A stretch of 64,000 nt of DNA from Candidatus Bathyarchaeia archaeon. Lineage in GTDB: Archaea; Thermoproteota; Bathyarchaeia; Bathyarchaeales; Bathycorpusculaceae. The notes under the pieces were generated by a model. The model was not told where the DNA came from. It worked only from the letters and a program-made list of their open reading frames with translations, and did not search any database. The stretch is taken from contig JBEKSS010000006.1 of the NCBI GenBank assembly GCA_049516875.1, forward strand, positions 1 to 64,000. Reading direction: 5' to 3'. The first letter of the stretch is position 1. Each line of letters begins with the position of its first letter. The position numbers and the translations under genes were made by a program. Positions 30,192 to 40,070 of the stretch are shown here, one piece after another.

Positions 30192-30881
30192 GTGAAGCAA
30201 CCAGGACCAGAGAAATTGCTGAAGGAAAAGAAGATCGATGAAAAACACTGGAGAGAATGGGAACGCAAAGGCGGTTGGACACCTGAAGGCTGGAAAATAG
30301 TGGAGATGAACGACGGACCAACACTGAATGAATTGAAACCAGAAAAGTTTTTGATTGTTCACAGACCTCACGGCAGCTTGTTCCACCACAGCTACGGCAA
30401 AGTGTCACAGTTCTTCATAGGAATTTTGGAAGGAAAACTCTACGGGACAAAGTGTCCAAAATGTGGACTAGTATATTGCCCGCCAAGAGCACACTGCTTC
30501 AACCCGAAATGTAGGCTTGAAGAAACGGAATGGGTCGAGCTTCCGAAGAAAGGAGAGATCCACTCGTACACGGTTATGGCAATCGCTTGGCCTTCAATGG
30601 CACATCTGCAACCGTTAGTGGGCGCAATGGTAAGAATCGACGGCACAAACACCTGTTTACCTATGACAATGCGAGACGTAGACCCTGAAAAAGTGAACAT
30701 TGGTCTAAAAGTCAACATAAACATGTCCAAACAGCCCAAAGGAGACCTGTTAGACGTATACGCAACTCCAGCAGAAGAACCGGTAGCTCCGAAGAGAACA
30801 CCAGAAGAACTGAAGCGCTTCAGAGAAGACATGGAGAAAACGCGAGCCTGGGTCAAAAAAACCTTCGGCGAAAAGAAATAA
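30192..30881 (+). CDS. DUF35 (Zn-ribbon/OB-fold) protein with extensions
   Basis: GTKCPKCG...PPRAHC...C; GEIHSYTV; GTG 30192 follows the thiolase stop. Confidence 0.88.
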   Translation: MKQPGPEKLLKEKKIDEKHWREWERKGGWTPEGWKIVEMNDGPTLNELKPEKFLIVHRPHGSLFHHSYGKVSQFFIGILEGKLYGTKCPKCGLVYCPPRAHCFNPKCRLEETEWVELPKKGEIHSYTVMAIAWPSMAHLQPLVGAMVRIDGTNTCLPMTMRDVDPEKVNIGLKVNINMSKQPKGDLLDVYATPAEEPVAPKRTPEELKRFREDMEKTRAWVKKTFGEKK

Positions 30882-31041
30882 TCTCCCTTACCTTTTTTCA
30901 CATATCAGAACCTTGCTTCCTTGGCTTCTGCAGAACTTCTCTCTCAGAGAAAAACTGAGTGCAGCTGAAGAAACTTAAATATCCGTTTCGGCTTTAATCA
31001 CTTCTTCACGTAACCTTTCGTAATGTGGGGAGACATCTCTA

Positions 31042-32214
31042 TTGAACGGCAAACCGTTGGTCTCGATAGTTTCTGTTGGTCTCTCAAAGTTTGGAAAACT
31101 TGAAGGACTTTACGCGAGAGAGATCTTTGCGGAAGCAGCCAAAGAAGCCTTTGACCGTTGTCCGAAATTGGATCCCAAGAATGATATTCAGGCCCTTTAC
31201 GTAGGTCATATGGGTGAATCCTATGAGCATCAAGGACACACTGGCGCCACAGTGGCAGACTGGATAGGGTTGGGGCATGTTCCTGCGACAAGGACGGAAG
31301 CAGCGTGTGCCTCTTCCGGTGTAGCCTTGAGAACTGCTATTTGTGCTGTGCGTTCGGGCCTCAGCGATGTTGTTATGGTGGGAGGCGTTGAGAAAATGAC
31401 TCATAGGCCCACGGCAGAAGTGACCGAGTATCTTGCTATGGCTTCGGATTATCCCTTTGAACAATGGAATGGCATGACTTTTCCAGGATTGTACGCCTTG
31501 ATGGCTACTGCACACATGCACGAGTACGGGACGACTGAACGACATCTTGCCATGATTGCTGTGAAGAATCATTTTCACGGAAGCCTGAATCCAAAGGCAC
31601 ATATGCAGAAAGAGATAACACTCGAAACCGCTCTGTCTTCACGCGTCGTAGCTTGGCCTCTTAACCTTTACGATTGCTCTCTCATCACCGACGGCGCCAG
31701 CTGCTTAATATTGACCAAGCCAGAACTAGCCAGAAAATTCACAGATATGCCAGTCAACATCGTTGGAAGCAGTCAGGCAGGTGACACTATAGGATTATAT
31801 GAAAGGAAGAGTCTAACGTCCCTTGCGGCTGCCAAGATGGCCGCCAAGAAAGCATATGAAATGGCCCAAGTCAACCCAGAGGAAATTGACGTAGCTGAAG
31901 TTCACGACTGCTTCACGATAGCCGAATTAATAGCCTACGAAGACCTCGCTTTTTGCAAGCCGGGCCAAGGCGGTAGTCTGATTGAGAGGGCAGAGACGAA
32001 ACTGGGCGGAAGAATACCTGTGAACACGAGTGGCGGGTTGAAAGCTAAGGGGCATCCTGTTGGGGCTACGGGCACAGGCCAGGCCTACGAGATCTATTTG
32101 CAGTTGACTGGGCAAGCGGGTAAGAGGCAAGTTAAAGATGCAGAAATCGGTTTGACGCATAACGTCGGCGGTTCAGGTGCAACTGCTACGGTTCACATCT
32201 ACAGGAGAGGATGA
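31042..32214 (+). CDS. Acetyl-CoA acetyltransferase (archaeal thiolase)
   Basis: TEAACASS, GVEKM, EVHDCF, KGHPVGATG, HNVGG. Confidence 0.93.
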   Translation: MNGKPLVSIVSVGLSKFGKLEGLYAREIFAEAAKEAFDRCPKLDPKNDIQALYVGHMGESYEHQGHTGATVADWIGLGHVPATRTEAACASSGVALRTAICAVRSGLSDVVMVGGVEKMTHRPTAEVTEYLAMASDYPFEQWNGMTFPGLYALMATAHMHEYGTTERHLAMIAVKNHFHGSLNPKAHMQKEITLETALSSRVVAWPLNLYDCSLITDGASCLILTKPELARKFTDMPVNIVGSSQAGDTIGLYERKSLTSLAAAKMAAKKAYEMAQVNPEEIDVAEVHDCFTIAELIAYEDLAFCKPGQGGSLIERAETKLGGRIPVNTSGGLKAKGHPVGATGTGQAYEIYLQLTGQAGKRQVKDAEIGLTHNVGGSGATATVHIYRRG

Positions 32215-32618
32215 GAACGACCGAACAAGCGCCATTCACGATAGAACAGTTCTACAAGCATATCAACCAAGGGAAGCTGTTAGGAGGCATGTGCACGAAG
32301 TGTGGGAAGGTGCATCTTCCGCCGAGGCCTCTGTGCGACAATTGCTATTCGCAAGACTTCGAATGGACCGAAATTCCTGCAAGAGGAAAGCTGTTAACTT
32401 ACACGGTCATCCACATTGCTCCGGTCCAATTTCAGTCAATGGCTCCATACGCAATGGGCATCGTCCAACTTACGGATGGCTTAAAGATGCCAGGGATGAT
32501 CAGAGGGATAGCGCTGGAACAGATTAAGATAGGAATGGAACTGACGATGGACTTTGGAACATGCGCGGCTACTCAGCCTTGGCCGCAATGGCCTAGATAC
32601 TACTTCAAGCCAGCCTAA
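32211..32618 (+). CDS. DUF35 (Zn-ribbon/OB-fold) protein
   Basis: CTKCG...PPRPLCDNC; GKLLTYTV. Confidence 0.9.
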   Translation: MRTTEQAPFTIEQFYKHINQGKLLGGMCTKCGKVHLPPRPLCDNCYSQDFEWTEIPARGKLLTYTVIHIAPVQFQSMAPYAMGIVQLTDGLKMPGMIRGIALEQIKIGMELTMDFGTCAATQPWPQWPRYYFKPA

Positions 32619-33337
32619 CTTGATGTTAGGTTTGCCTGCCTTTTTCGGTTCTGTTTTGCGACCAGTTTGGTGGTTTTTATTAGGCTGGGCAGGTCCGCAA
32701 TTGACGTGACAAGGTAGTTCGCTCCAGCGTTCATCAGTTCTTTCTGAGTAGAAACTCCGGTTGACAAACCGACGGCCATGACCTTCAGTTCTCTGGCACA
32801 TTCCATGTCGCGTGTTGCGTCTCCGACAAGCAACGCTTCTTTGGGACTGAGTTTCAAAGCTTTCAAAACAGCTTCCAAATGTTCACCGCTAGGTTTAACA
32901 TGTTTCACCTTGTTGCGGGGAATTACTACATCAAAGAAATCGGCGATTCCAAATCGTTTCAGGATGTAACTCGTGGATTTTTCGCTATTAACCGTGCACA
33001 GCCCGATTTTTAAACTCATTTCCTTCAGAATTTTCAATGTTTCAACCACGCTTGGAAGCAGACTCGTGGTCTTTGCTGACTCCAACTCATGTCTTTCAGC
33101 TATGGCCAGAGCTTCGTTGCGCACTTTCTCTATTGTTCTCGTGGATTTGCCACTGTTCTTCAGGAAAATCTCAGTTTTGTTTAACATATCGAATATGCTC
33201 TCATTCACGAACAGAACCGATCCCGGCACACCAGTTCTTATGAGGAAACTTCTGACTTCTGACCTTAACGTCATGTAATCAAGGTTGAAGGCTGCAATAG
33301 TCCCGTCCAAATCGAAGATCACGGCCTTTGTGGTCAT
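32615..33337 (-). CDS. HAD family hydrolase
   Basis: FDLDGT, KP and VGD motifs. Confidence 0.9.
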   Translation of the reverse strand: MTTKAVIFDLDGTIAAFNLDYMTLRSEVRSFLIRTGVPGSVLFVNESIFDMLNKTEIFLKNSGKSTRTIEKVRNEALAIAERHELESAKTTSLLPSVVETLKILKEMSLKIGLCTVNSEKSTSYILKRFGIADFFDVVIPRNKVKHVKPSGEHLEAVLKALKLSPKEALLVGDATRDMECARELKVMAVGLSTGVSTQKELMNAGANYLVTSIADLPSLIKTTKLVAKQNRKRQANLTSS

Positions 33338-33480
33338 TGATTCTCACTTAAGCCTCATGAATTTGGAGGCTCTAATCACTTTTCTGTCGAGATATACTTT
33401 ATGGTAACAACATAGGCGCGCAGTGCCATTGAGGGCAAACCGAATATTCCTCTCCAAACGTAAATTGTTGTTGATGCGCT

Positions 33481-33705
33481 ATGAACCTTGAAGATTGCGT
33501 GAAAGAGACGCTGTGGCCGATATTGATTGAGACAGTACACTCGCTGGTTATGTATCCAAATCACAAGGCCTACACAAGAGAAGTCATTCTTTCCGAAAAG
33601 CCTGAGACAATGCCTACGGATTTGGCGGCTAGGTTGAAGATTTCATTAGGTGAGGCTCTGGTAATATTGTACGAACTGGCCGAGGAGAAGAAGGCTGCCC
33701 CTTAG
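33481..33705 (+). CDS. Small hypothetical protein, possible HTH
   Basis: 74 aa; PTDLAARLKISLGEALVILYEL. Confidence 0.65.
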   Translation: MNLEDCVKETLWPILIETVHSLVMYPNHKAYTREVILSEKPETMPTDLAARLKISLGEALVILYELAEEKKAAP

Positions 33706-33832
33706 AGGCTGGAGTTCGAGTTTGCCTACAGACGTGATTTAGCAGGTTTTGTGCCTTCTGGTTACTTTGTTGAGTCGAGTGCCTTGATCATACTCTGCAC
33801 GCACGAATATTATTCGTTCAATAGATTCATTC

Positions 33833-34174
33833 TCATGACACTGCAATCTGTTTTTCGCGGCAAACGGCTTCAGCCTCAATCTTATTTGCAGTGTATCCAA
33901 ACACTCCGAATAGAGTTTCACCGGTAGAAAACAGCATTCACATATTCCTTTGCATCATAACGCCTATTAGGCTTTAGCAGCTAAACAGCGGTAACCCTCT
34001 CCTCAATCCATCCAGATTCAGCGTTGGTAATCACATATTGAACTGTCCTTCCCAGATGCACTTCAAAACCAGTCTTTTTCAATCGTGGCTATAGCGTGAA
34101 GCAGACTTTGAAAGTCATTTGGCAATCAATAGCTCTAGCACATCAACCTTACCTTCAACCAGCTTGTCAGCACA
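33833..34174 (-). pseudogene. Decayed C-terminal fragment of a family B DNA polymerase (PolB2-like)
   Basis: Stitched frames ADKLVEGKVDVLELLIAK*LSKSASRYSH / LKKTGFEVHLGRTVQYVITNA...ERVTAV*LL...YDAKEYV / MLFSTGETLFGVFGYT; two stops and two frameshifts. Confidence 0.65.
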
Positions 34175-34315
34175 GTTTCATGGCCCGCGCGAAAACAGAT
34201 AAGCGTTTGCCGGAGAAATGCCTCGCAAAACTTGGAGAGAATAGGTTAAAGCAAACAATCATAGCTTCAAAAAGAAAACGTAAACATTCTTAAAACCAAT
34301 GGGTAGTAATGTTTT

Positions 34316-35701
34316 GTGGCTGAGCAAATGAAAAAACCGCAGTTTGACTTTGTCGACGAGGCAAACATGAACCTTCTAACTGATTTTTACGAGCTGACAA
34401 TGTGCGCCAGCTATTTTGGAAACAGAAGAAACGAAACTGCAACCTTCGACCTGTTCATAAGAAAATTGCCGCCGAACAGATCCTACTTTATCTTCGCTGG
34501 GCTTGAACAAGTGCTGCTTTTCCTCGAAAACATGAAATTCAGTGAAGAACACATCAACTACCTGAGGGAGAAGAGACTAAGCGAGGAATTTTTGCAATAT
34601 CTACGGGGCTTCAAGTTCACTGGGGAAGTGTGGTCTGTTTCCGAAGGAACAATAGTTTTTCCTGAGGAGCCATTAATCAGAGTGACTGCGCCGATAATAG
34701 AGGCTCAGCTGATTGAAACCTTCATCCTGAACACGGTGAACCTTCAAACCATGATTGCTACCAAAGCTTCAAGGGTTGTCTGGGCGGCAGGGGGCAGATC
34801 CATAATAGAGTTCGGCTTGAGAAGAACGCAGGGAACAGACGCTGGGATGAAAGCCGCGAGATGCAGTTACTTGGCAGGAGCCGACGGAACTTCTAACGTG
34901 CTGGCAGGCATGAGATACGGTATTCCCATGTTCGGGACGATGGCGCATTCCTATGTAATGTTCTTCAATAAGGAGATAGATTCGTTCAGAGCCTTTGCCA
35001 AAACCTTTCCGCAGACTTCCACTTTCTTGATAGACACTTATGACGATTTGAAGGGTGCGGAAAACGCAGCCGTAGTTGCGAAAGAACTTGAGAGAAAAGG
35101 TTACAGGCTAAACGCGGTCAGGCTGGACAGTGGGAACCTGCTGAGCACAAGTGAGAAGGTCAGGCAGATTCTTGATAACTACGGCTTGGATTACGTGAAG
35201 ATATTTGCAAGTGGCGACTTGGACGAATACGTCATTGAAAAGCTTGTGAGAGAGGGAGCGAAAATTGATGCTTTCGGTGTGGGAACGAGGATGGGCACGT
35301 CCCTCGATAGGCCCTACGTGGACGTTGTCTACAAATTGTCGGGCAAGGTTGAAAAAGGAAGCTTTGTTCCAGCGATGAAATTAAGCAAGGGGAAAGTAAC
35401 GTTGCCAGGAAGGAAACAAATCTTCCGACAGAGAGACAAAAACAGAAGATATGCCAAGGACATAATAGGGTTGGAGGATGAAGAGATTGAGGGAGAGCGT
35501 CTTCTGGGGAAAGTCATGATAGGCGGTCGGATAACCTATGAAATGCCCACGTTGGAACAAATGAGGAAGGCAACGCTGAAGAATCTCTCAGAGCTTCCAG
35601 AGAAGTACAAAAGGTTGAGAGATCCATCCTCGTACCCTGTTGAACTGAGCCGCAGGCTAAGCAATATCAGAAGCCAGGTCGTGAATCGGCTAAGAAGCTA
35701 G
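34316..35701 (+). CDS. pncB: Nicotinate phosphoribosyltransferase
   Basis: LLTDFYELTM, EFGLRR, GTMAHS, IDTYD, VRLDSG. Confidence 0.95.
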   Translation: MAEQMKKPQFDFVDEANMNLLTDFYELTMCASYFGNRRNETATFDLFIRKLPPNRSYFIFAGLEQVLLFLENMKFSEEHINYLREKRLSEEFLQYLRGFKFTGEVWSVSEGTIVFPEEPLIRVTAPIIEAQLIETFILNTVNLQTMIATKASRVVWAAGGRSIIEFGLRRTQGTDAGMKAARCSYLAGADGTSNVLAGMRYGIPMFGTMAHSYVMFFNKEIDSFRAFAKTFPQTSTFLIDTYDDLKGAENAAVVAKELERKGYRLNAVRLDSGNLLSTSEKVRQILDNYGLDYVKIFASGDLDEYVIEKLVREGAKIDAFGVGTRMGTSLDRPYVDVVYKLSGKVEKGSFVPAMKLSKGKVTLPGRKQIFRQRDKNRRYAKDIIGLEDEEIEGERLLGKVMIGGRITYEMPTLEQMRKATLKNLSELPEKYKRLRDPSSYPVELSRRLSNIRSQVVNRLRS

Positions 35702-35876
35702 GGAAGCATTGCCATTGCGGCGAAGCCAGTGTTGCTGGTTTGGCTTCAGTCGAAAAAACTTGTGCGTGAGGGTTCGACTGTTGTTTGTGAGGGTTGCATG
35801 GTTTCAGCTTGGAACGGCTTCAAGGTCGCTGGGCCTTTCATGTTGCGGGACATTAAAAGAGTGGGGGGTGGGACTT

Positions 35877-36293
35877 TTAGATTATTGGTTTCGGCTCTTC
35901 GAGTTTTCTTAGAAAGGGACGTAGAGCTGAGTGGTGAACGCTCTCTTCTGGCAAATCGTTCTTGGATATTCCGGGTGTGCCTATTTTTCTGCATATGAAG
36001 TTGAGCGAGTCTTCTGTGAAGTTTAACAGGTTTTGGCCTTCAGTCGTCAGTTTGTATACTTTTCTAGGTCTTTCAGTGCTCATGTTCCATTCGCTTTTGA
36101 CAAATCCCTTTTTCTCCAGCGTTCCCAGAAGAGGATAGATGGTGCTTGGTCCGAAGTACACTCCGAAGGCTTTTCGGATTCTTGTGATTATTTGGTAGCC
36201 GTGCATGGGCTGTCCGTTTAGGAATTGGAGTATTATCAGGTCCAGCAGGCCTTTCATCAGTTTGGCCTGAACTTCTTTTGTGTTGTTTATCAT
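35877..36293 (-). CDS. PadR family transcriptional regulator
   Basis: MHGYQII...STIYPLL..LE.KG...RKVYKLT; start moved to ATG 36293. Confidence 0.9.
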   Translation of the reverse strand: MINNTKEVQAKLMKGLLDLIILQFLNGQPMHGYQIITRIRKAFGVYFGPSTIYPLLGTLEKKGFVKSEWNMSTERPRKVYKLTTEGQNLLNFTEDSLNFICRKIGTPGISKNDLPEESVHHSALRPFLRKLEEPKPII

Positions 36294-36494
36294 GGTGCCT
36301 TTCCTTCTTTTGTGTTGTTTTGTCCAACAGTATTGTTGTTGGACGTGGATACGACATGTCCTCTGTATGACATATCTTGAGTCTTTATAGAGACTAAACA
36401 ACGATATAAAGCTTCATGCTTACGTAAGACATAAGAAAGCATAAAGAAGCATACTGAAAAGTCCACTTCGAACATAACTCTAATAAGCCGAAGC

Positions 36495-36863
36495 ATGAAC
36501 CAGTACAGAATGAGACACAAGAAGAACGTGAAAGAATTGGCAGAAGCTTACAAAGAAGGAATTGTACAACGCATCACCAGAAACCTGCTCGACATCCAAA
36601 TGCTAAGACTCATCCAAACGCAGCCGATGTGGGGCTACATGATAAAGAAACAAGCAGAAACAAGATTCGGCGTAAAACTGAGGCATGGGGCACTGTACCC
36701 GTTGCTAAATGCCTTGGAGCGTGAAAGCTTCCTGACAAGCCAAAACCAAAGACAGGGCGGAAGAACAAGAAAAGTGTACACGCTGACCAGGAAGGGACAA
36801 CAATACATAGAAGCGTACAACAGCGTCCTGAAAGAACAACTAGAACGTCGAGACATGAAGTAG
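36495..36863 (+). CDS. PadR family transcriptional regulator
   Basis: MWGY...GALYPLLNALE...RKVYTLTRKG. Confidence 0.9.
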   Translation: MNQYRMRHKKNVKELAEAYKEGIVQRITRNLLDIQMLRLIQTQPMWGYMIKKQAETRFGVKLRHGALYPLLNALERESFLTSQNQRQGGRTRKVYTLTRKGQQYIEAYNSVLKEQLERRDMK

Positions 36864-36926
36864 ATGTTATGCTTTTGAAGCCGTTGCTGTCAGGTCTTAA
36901 ATAGAACTAGTAGCTAACATAAAATC

Positions 36927-37925
36927 ATGGGACCAAAAAAAGGCAGAAAGCTATCCGTAGTTGTTATGGAAGAGCTTCAGGAAAGAAGCAACAGGGGGCT
37001 TGAATTCGCAAAGAAAACCATGCTGGCAGAAAGGATTGAATACGAAAAACTGCGGAAGGCATTAGAGCATTATGTTAAGAACTGGAATGATTTCACTCAT
37101 CCAGGACTGTTTTCATTAGCTTGTGAGGCAGTTGGAGGGCGTCCGGACAACGCAGTGCAGGTTCAAGCAGCTATCGCCCTGTTGGCTGCAGCCTTTGACA
37201 TACATGACGACATCATCGACGGATCAGAACAGAAACATGCCGTACCCACGGTTTTTGGAAAATATGGAAAAGACATAGCGCTTCTATTGGGAAACGCGTT
37301 CCTGATAAAGGGATTTGCACTATTCTGCGTGTCAACAGAAGCCTTAGCTCAGAAAGACGCTCGGAAAGTCATTGAAGCGTTACAAGCATCTCTGTTCGAA
37401 CTTGGCAATGCTCATGCTATGGAGTTGAACCTGAAAGGAAGAATTGACGCCGAACCGGCAGAATACATGCGAGTTGTGGAAATGAAAGCCTCAGGCATCG
37501 AGGCTGACATGTGGATTGGAGCCAAAGTCGGAGGAGGGGCAGACAAAGAAGTTGAAGCATTGACAAAATATGGGAGAAACTTGGGGACTCTGGCCACGTT
37601 GAGAGAAGAGTTCGTCGATGTTTTCGAGGTTGAAGAGTTGAATCAACGGATTCGTGGCGGATATTTGCCCATTCCGATTCTATACGCTATGCAAAATGAA
37701 GAAACGAAGGAAAGGCTGAACAAGCTGATTGCAAAAGGAAAAGCGACAAGGAGTGATACTGATGATATCGTCGGAACAGTTTTCGACGACAAAGAAGTAA
37801 TAAAGCTCAGAAAAGTTATGGCCGACCTTGTGAATGAAAGCGTTCATCTAACCTCAAGCATACGCAACAGAAAGTTAAGGACGCAACTCGCCAACCTAGC
37901 TTCCTCTACGATAGAAGACTTGTAG
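36927..37925 (+). CDS. Polyprenyl synthetase-like protein with degenerate motifs
   Basis: FARM HDDIID present; RRG loop replaced by QKHA; SARM replaced by LREEFVD. Confidence 0.8.
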   Translation: MGPKKGRKLSVVVMEELQERSNRGLEFAKKTMLAERIEYEKLRKALEHYVKNWNDFTHPGLFSLACEAVGGRPDNAVQVQAAIALLAAAFDIHDDIIDGSEQKHAVPTVFGKYGKDIALLLGNAFLIKGFALFCVSTEALAQKDARKVIEALQASLFELGNAHAMELNLKGRIDAEPAEYMRVVEMKASGIEADMWIGAKVGGGADKEVEALTKYGRNLGTLATLREEFVDVFEVEELNQRIRGGYLPIPILYAMQNEETKERLNKLIAKGKATRSDTDDIVGTVFDDKEVIKLRKVMADLVNESVHLTSSIRNRKLRTQLANLASSTIEDL

Positions 37926-38344
37926 GATCTATGGGAACAAGATTCTTACAGGAACGTCTCTTTTCTTTGCCTTCTTCATCTCTATCCCTCACAAGTATAT
38001 GTGTAGAACACATCTACTACTTAAGAGTTGCTCTGAACATGAATCTGAGCTGGTCCATTTTGAAAAATGTTTTTTTTCCAAAAGCAGTTGGCACGCGCGT
38101 ATGAAGTCAAACTCGTGTCTTCGAACGGTAACACGTTCCTCAGAACCGGCATAGCTCCAGCTTGAGCGCGTGCTATTGTCTGATTGTGTTTTGTCGGACG
38201 TGAACCTATAATCTTATTTGTCAAGCTACCAACCTAATACGAAGGAGGTGGTTTCGAACGATCTTAACATTACTGCTTCTTCTAGCAGAGGTCTCAGATC
38301 AAGAAATTCTTGATGCTCTACATCAAGTCACGAATGAAATTGCC

Positions 38345-38569
38345 ATGTTCATGTGGATGTATGCGGCAATCTGGATTCCTATGTTCGGGGCTCTCATAGC
38401 GATTTCTGTCCTGAATTACTTGCAGTACAAGAGGATGCTGCAGAAATCAAATGAGGAGGAAGCGCGGAATATTGTGTTGAGAAAGGACCTCTATGAACGT
38501 ATGGTTGAAAGAGGGGGGGACATTGAAACATACGTGAACACCGTTGTTGAAAAGTCTTTGAAGAAGTAG
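38345..38569 (+). CDS. Small single-TM protein (may start earlier, near 38258)
   Basis: TM helix plus charged tail; frame open upstream to a strong SD AAGGAGGTG at 38242-38250. Confidence 0.6.
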   Translation: MFMWMYAAIWIPMFGALIAISVLNYLQYKRMLQKSNEEEARNIVLRKDLYERMVERGGDIETYVNTVVEKSLKK

Positions 38570-38759
38570 AGCTCAAGAAGTAAGAAATAGAGCGAGAGCA
38601 AACGATGATCTATAATGATGGGTATCTACATGTAGGCGAAATGCTGTTTGGTTAAGTGAGCGTCTTATTTTCTAAGAGTTGTGTAGACCGCGAATAAAGA
38701 TGCTGCCTAAGAAATGTTTTATCTATGAAACGTGATTCATTAATGGGTCGCATCAAGGA

Positions 38760-39980
38760 ATGCGTTTCACAGAGGTCTTCAGATCAAAGATCAACTTGAA
38801 ACAGTTTGCTCCCGCATTTGTCATCGTGTTGAACACTTTCATATGGTACACGTTGACCTATCAAATGTTCAGCATCGCCGTAGACAGTCTAGCTGTATCC
38901 GGTACTGAAAAATTAATGATTTTTGCCATGTACTTCATAGGAACTGCCTGTTCTGCACTTCTGGGAGCCACGTTCCTACGGTGTACTCGAAAGACCTACC
39001 TCTTATTGTGGATGCTTGCAGGGGCACTGATGACAGCATCGTTGATCACTATCCCAAACAACAGTACCCTATTCAATGGCCCTATCTTGTTCTTCCTAGG
39101 AGTCTCTCTTGGAACAGGCTTCCCATCATGCTTGGCCTATTTTGCTGATGCAACGACTGTCGAAACCCGAGGGACTTGTGGAGGAATAACATGGGCCGCT
39201 GTCGGTGTAGGCACCCTTATTTTGGCTTTGTTTGTAAGCAGTCTCGACCTTTACCTAACCTTTCTGACCCTTGCAGTCTGGAGAGCGCTTGGCTTCGTGG
39301 CCTTCTTCCTCATGACAAGGAGAACCAGAAAAGTCCAGCAAACGCGAACTCCTGTTACCTATTATTCTATTCTCGCCAGAAGAGACATGATTCTGTATTT
39401 GATTCCTTGGATCATGCTTTCGCTGGTCAATTTTACGGAAACCCCAATTCTGGAGAGATTGTTAACGGATTCCTATGTTTTGGTAGGATTCGTCGAATTC
39501 GCATTAGCAGGAATCTTTGCACTAGTAGGTGGCATCCTGGCAGATATCGCAGGCAGAAAACGCGTCATAATAACAGGTTTCGTCATGCTAGGCATCGGAT
39601 ACGCTGTGCTAAGCTTCTCTTCGGGACTGCCCTTTTCTTGGTATTTGTACACTGCTTGTGATGGAATCGCCTGGGGAATGTTCAGCTCAGTTTTTTTCAT
39701 AACCTTATGGGGAGACCTTGCTCAGGACCATGAGAAAGCTAAGTATTATGTACTTGGTGGTCTTCCTTTTCTTGTCTCTGGTTTTTTGGCAGTAGTAGTC
39801 AAACCCTATGTTGAGCTTATAAGCACAATTGCATCATTCTCTCTGGCTAGCTTCTTTCTTTTCTTGGCCGTCTTGCCGCTAATGTACGCGCCCGAAACCT
39901 TGCCAGAAAAGGAGATCAGGGACAGGGAACTGAAAGACTACATTGAGAAGGCGAGGAAGGTCAAGGAGAAATATGATTAG
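38760..39980 (+). CDS. MFS transporter
   Basis: About 12 TM helices; GILADIAGRK motif A; C-terminal APETL. Confidence 0.88.
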   Translation: MRFTEVFRSKINLKQFAPAFVIVLNTFIWYTLTYQMFSIAVDSLAVSGTEKLMIFAMYFIGTACSALLGATFLRCTRKTYLLLWMLAGALMTASLITIPNNSTLFNGPILFFLGVSLGTGFPSCLAYFADATTVETRGTCGGITWAAVGVGTLILALFVSSLDLYLTFLTLAVWRALGFVAFFLMTRRTRKVQQTRTPVTYYSILARRDMILYLIPWIMLSLVNFTETPILERLLTDSYVLVGFVEFALAGIFALVGGILADIAGRKRVIITGFVMLGIGYAVLSFSSGLPFSWYLYTACDGIAWGMFSSVFFITLWGDLAQDHEKAKYYVLGGLPFLVSGFLAVVVKPYVELISTIASFSLASFFLFLAVLPLMYAPETLPEKEIRDRELKDYIEKARKVKEKYD

Positions 39981-40070
39981 GGTATAGTGCTCCTTTGTGC
40001 TGTTAGGCGAGAACCTCTCATTTCACATATTTCTCGTTGCTCGCGCACATTCTAGGCGAAAGATATATCA

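Noticed and set aside
33833-34174. Sec/Pyl readthrough of the TGA/TAG codons in the PolB fragment
   Set aside because: Accompanying frameshifts and the missing N-terminus indicate decay
35709-35998. Three overlapping short ORFs downstream of pncB/PadR
   Set aside because: Mutually overlapping, with no motifs; probably spurious
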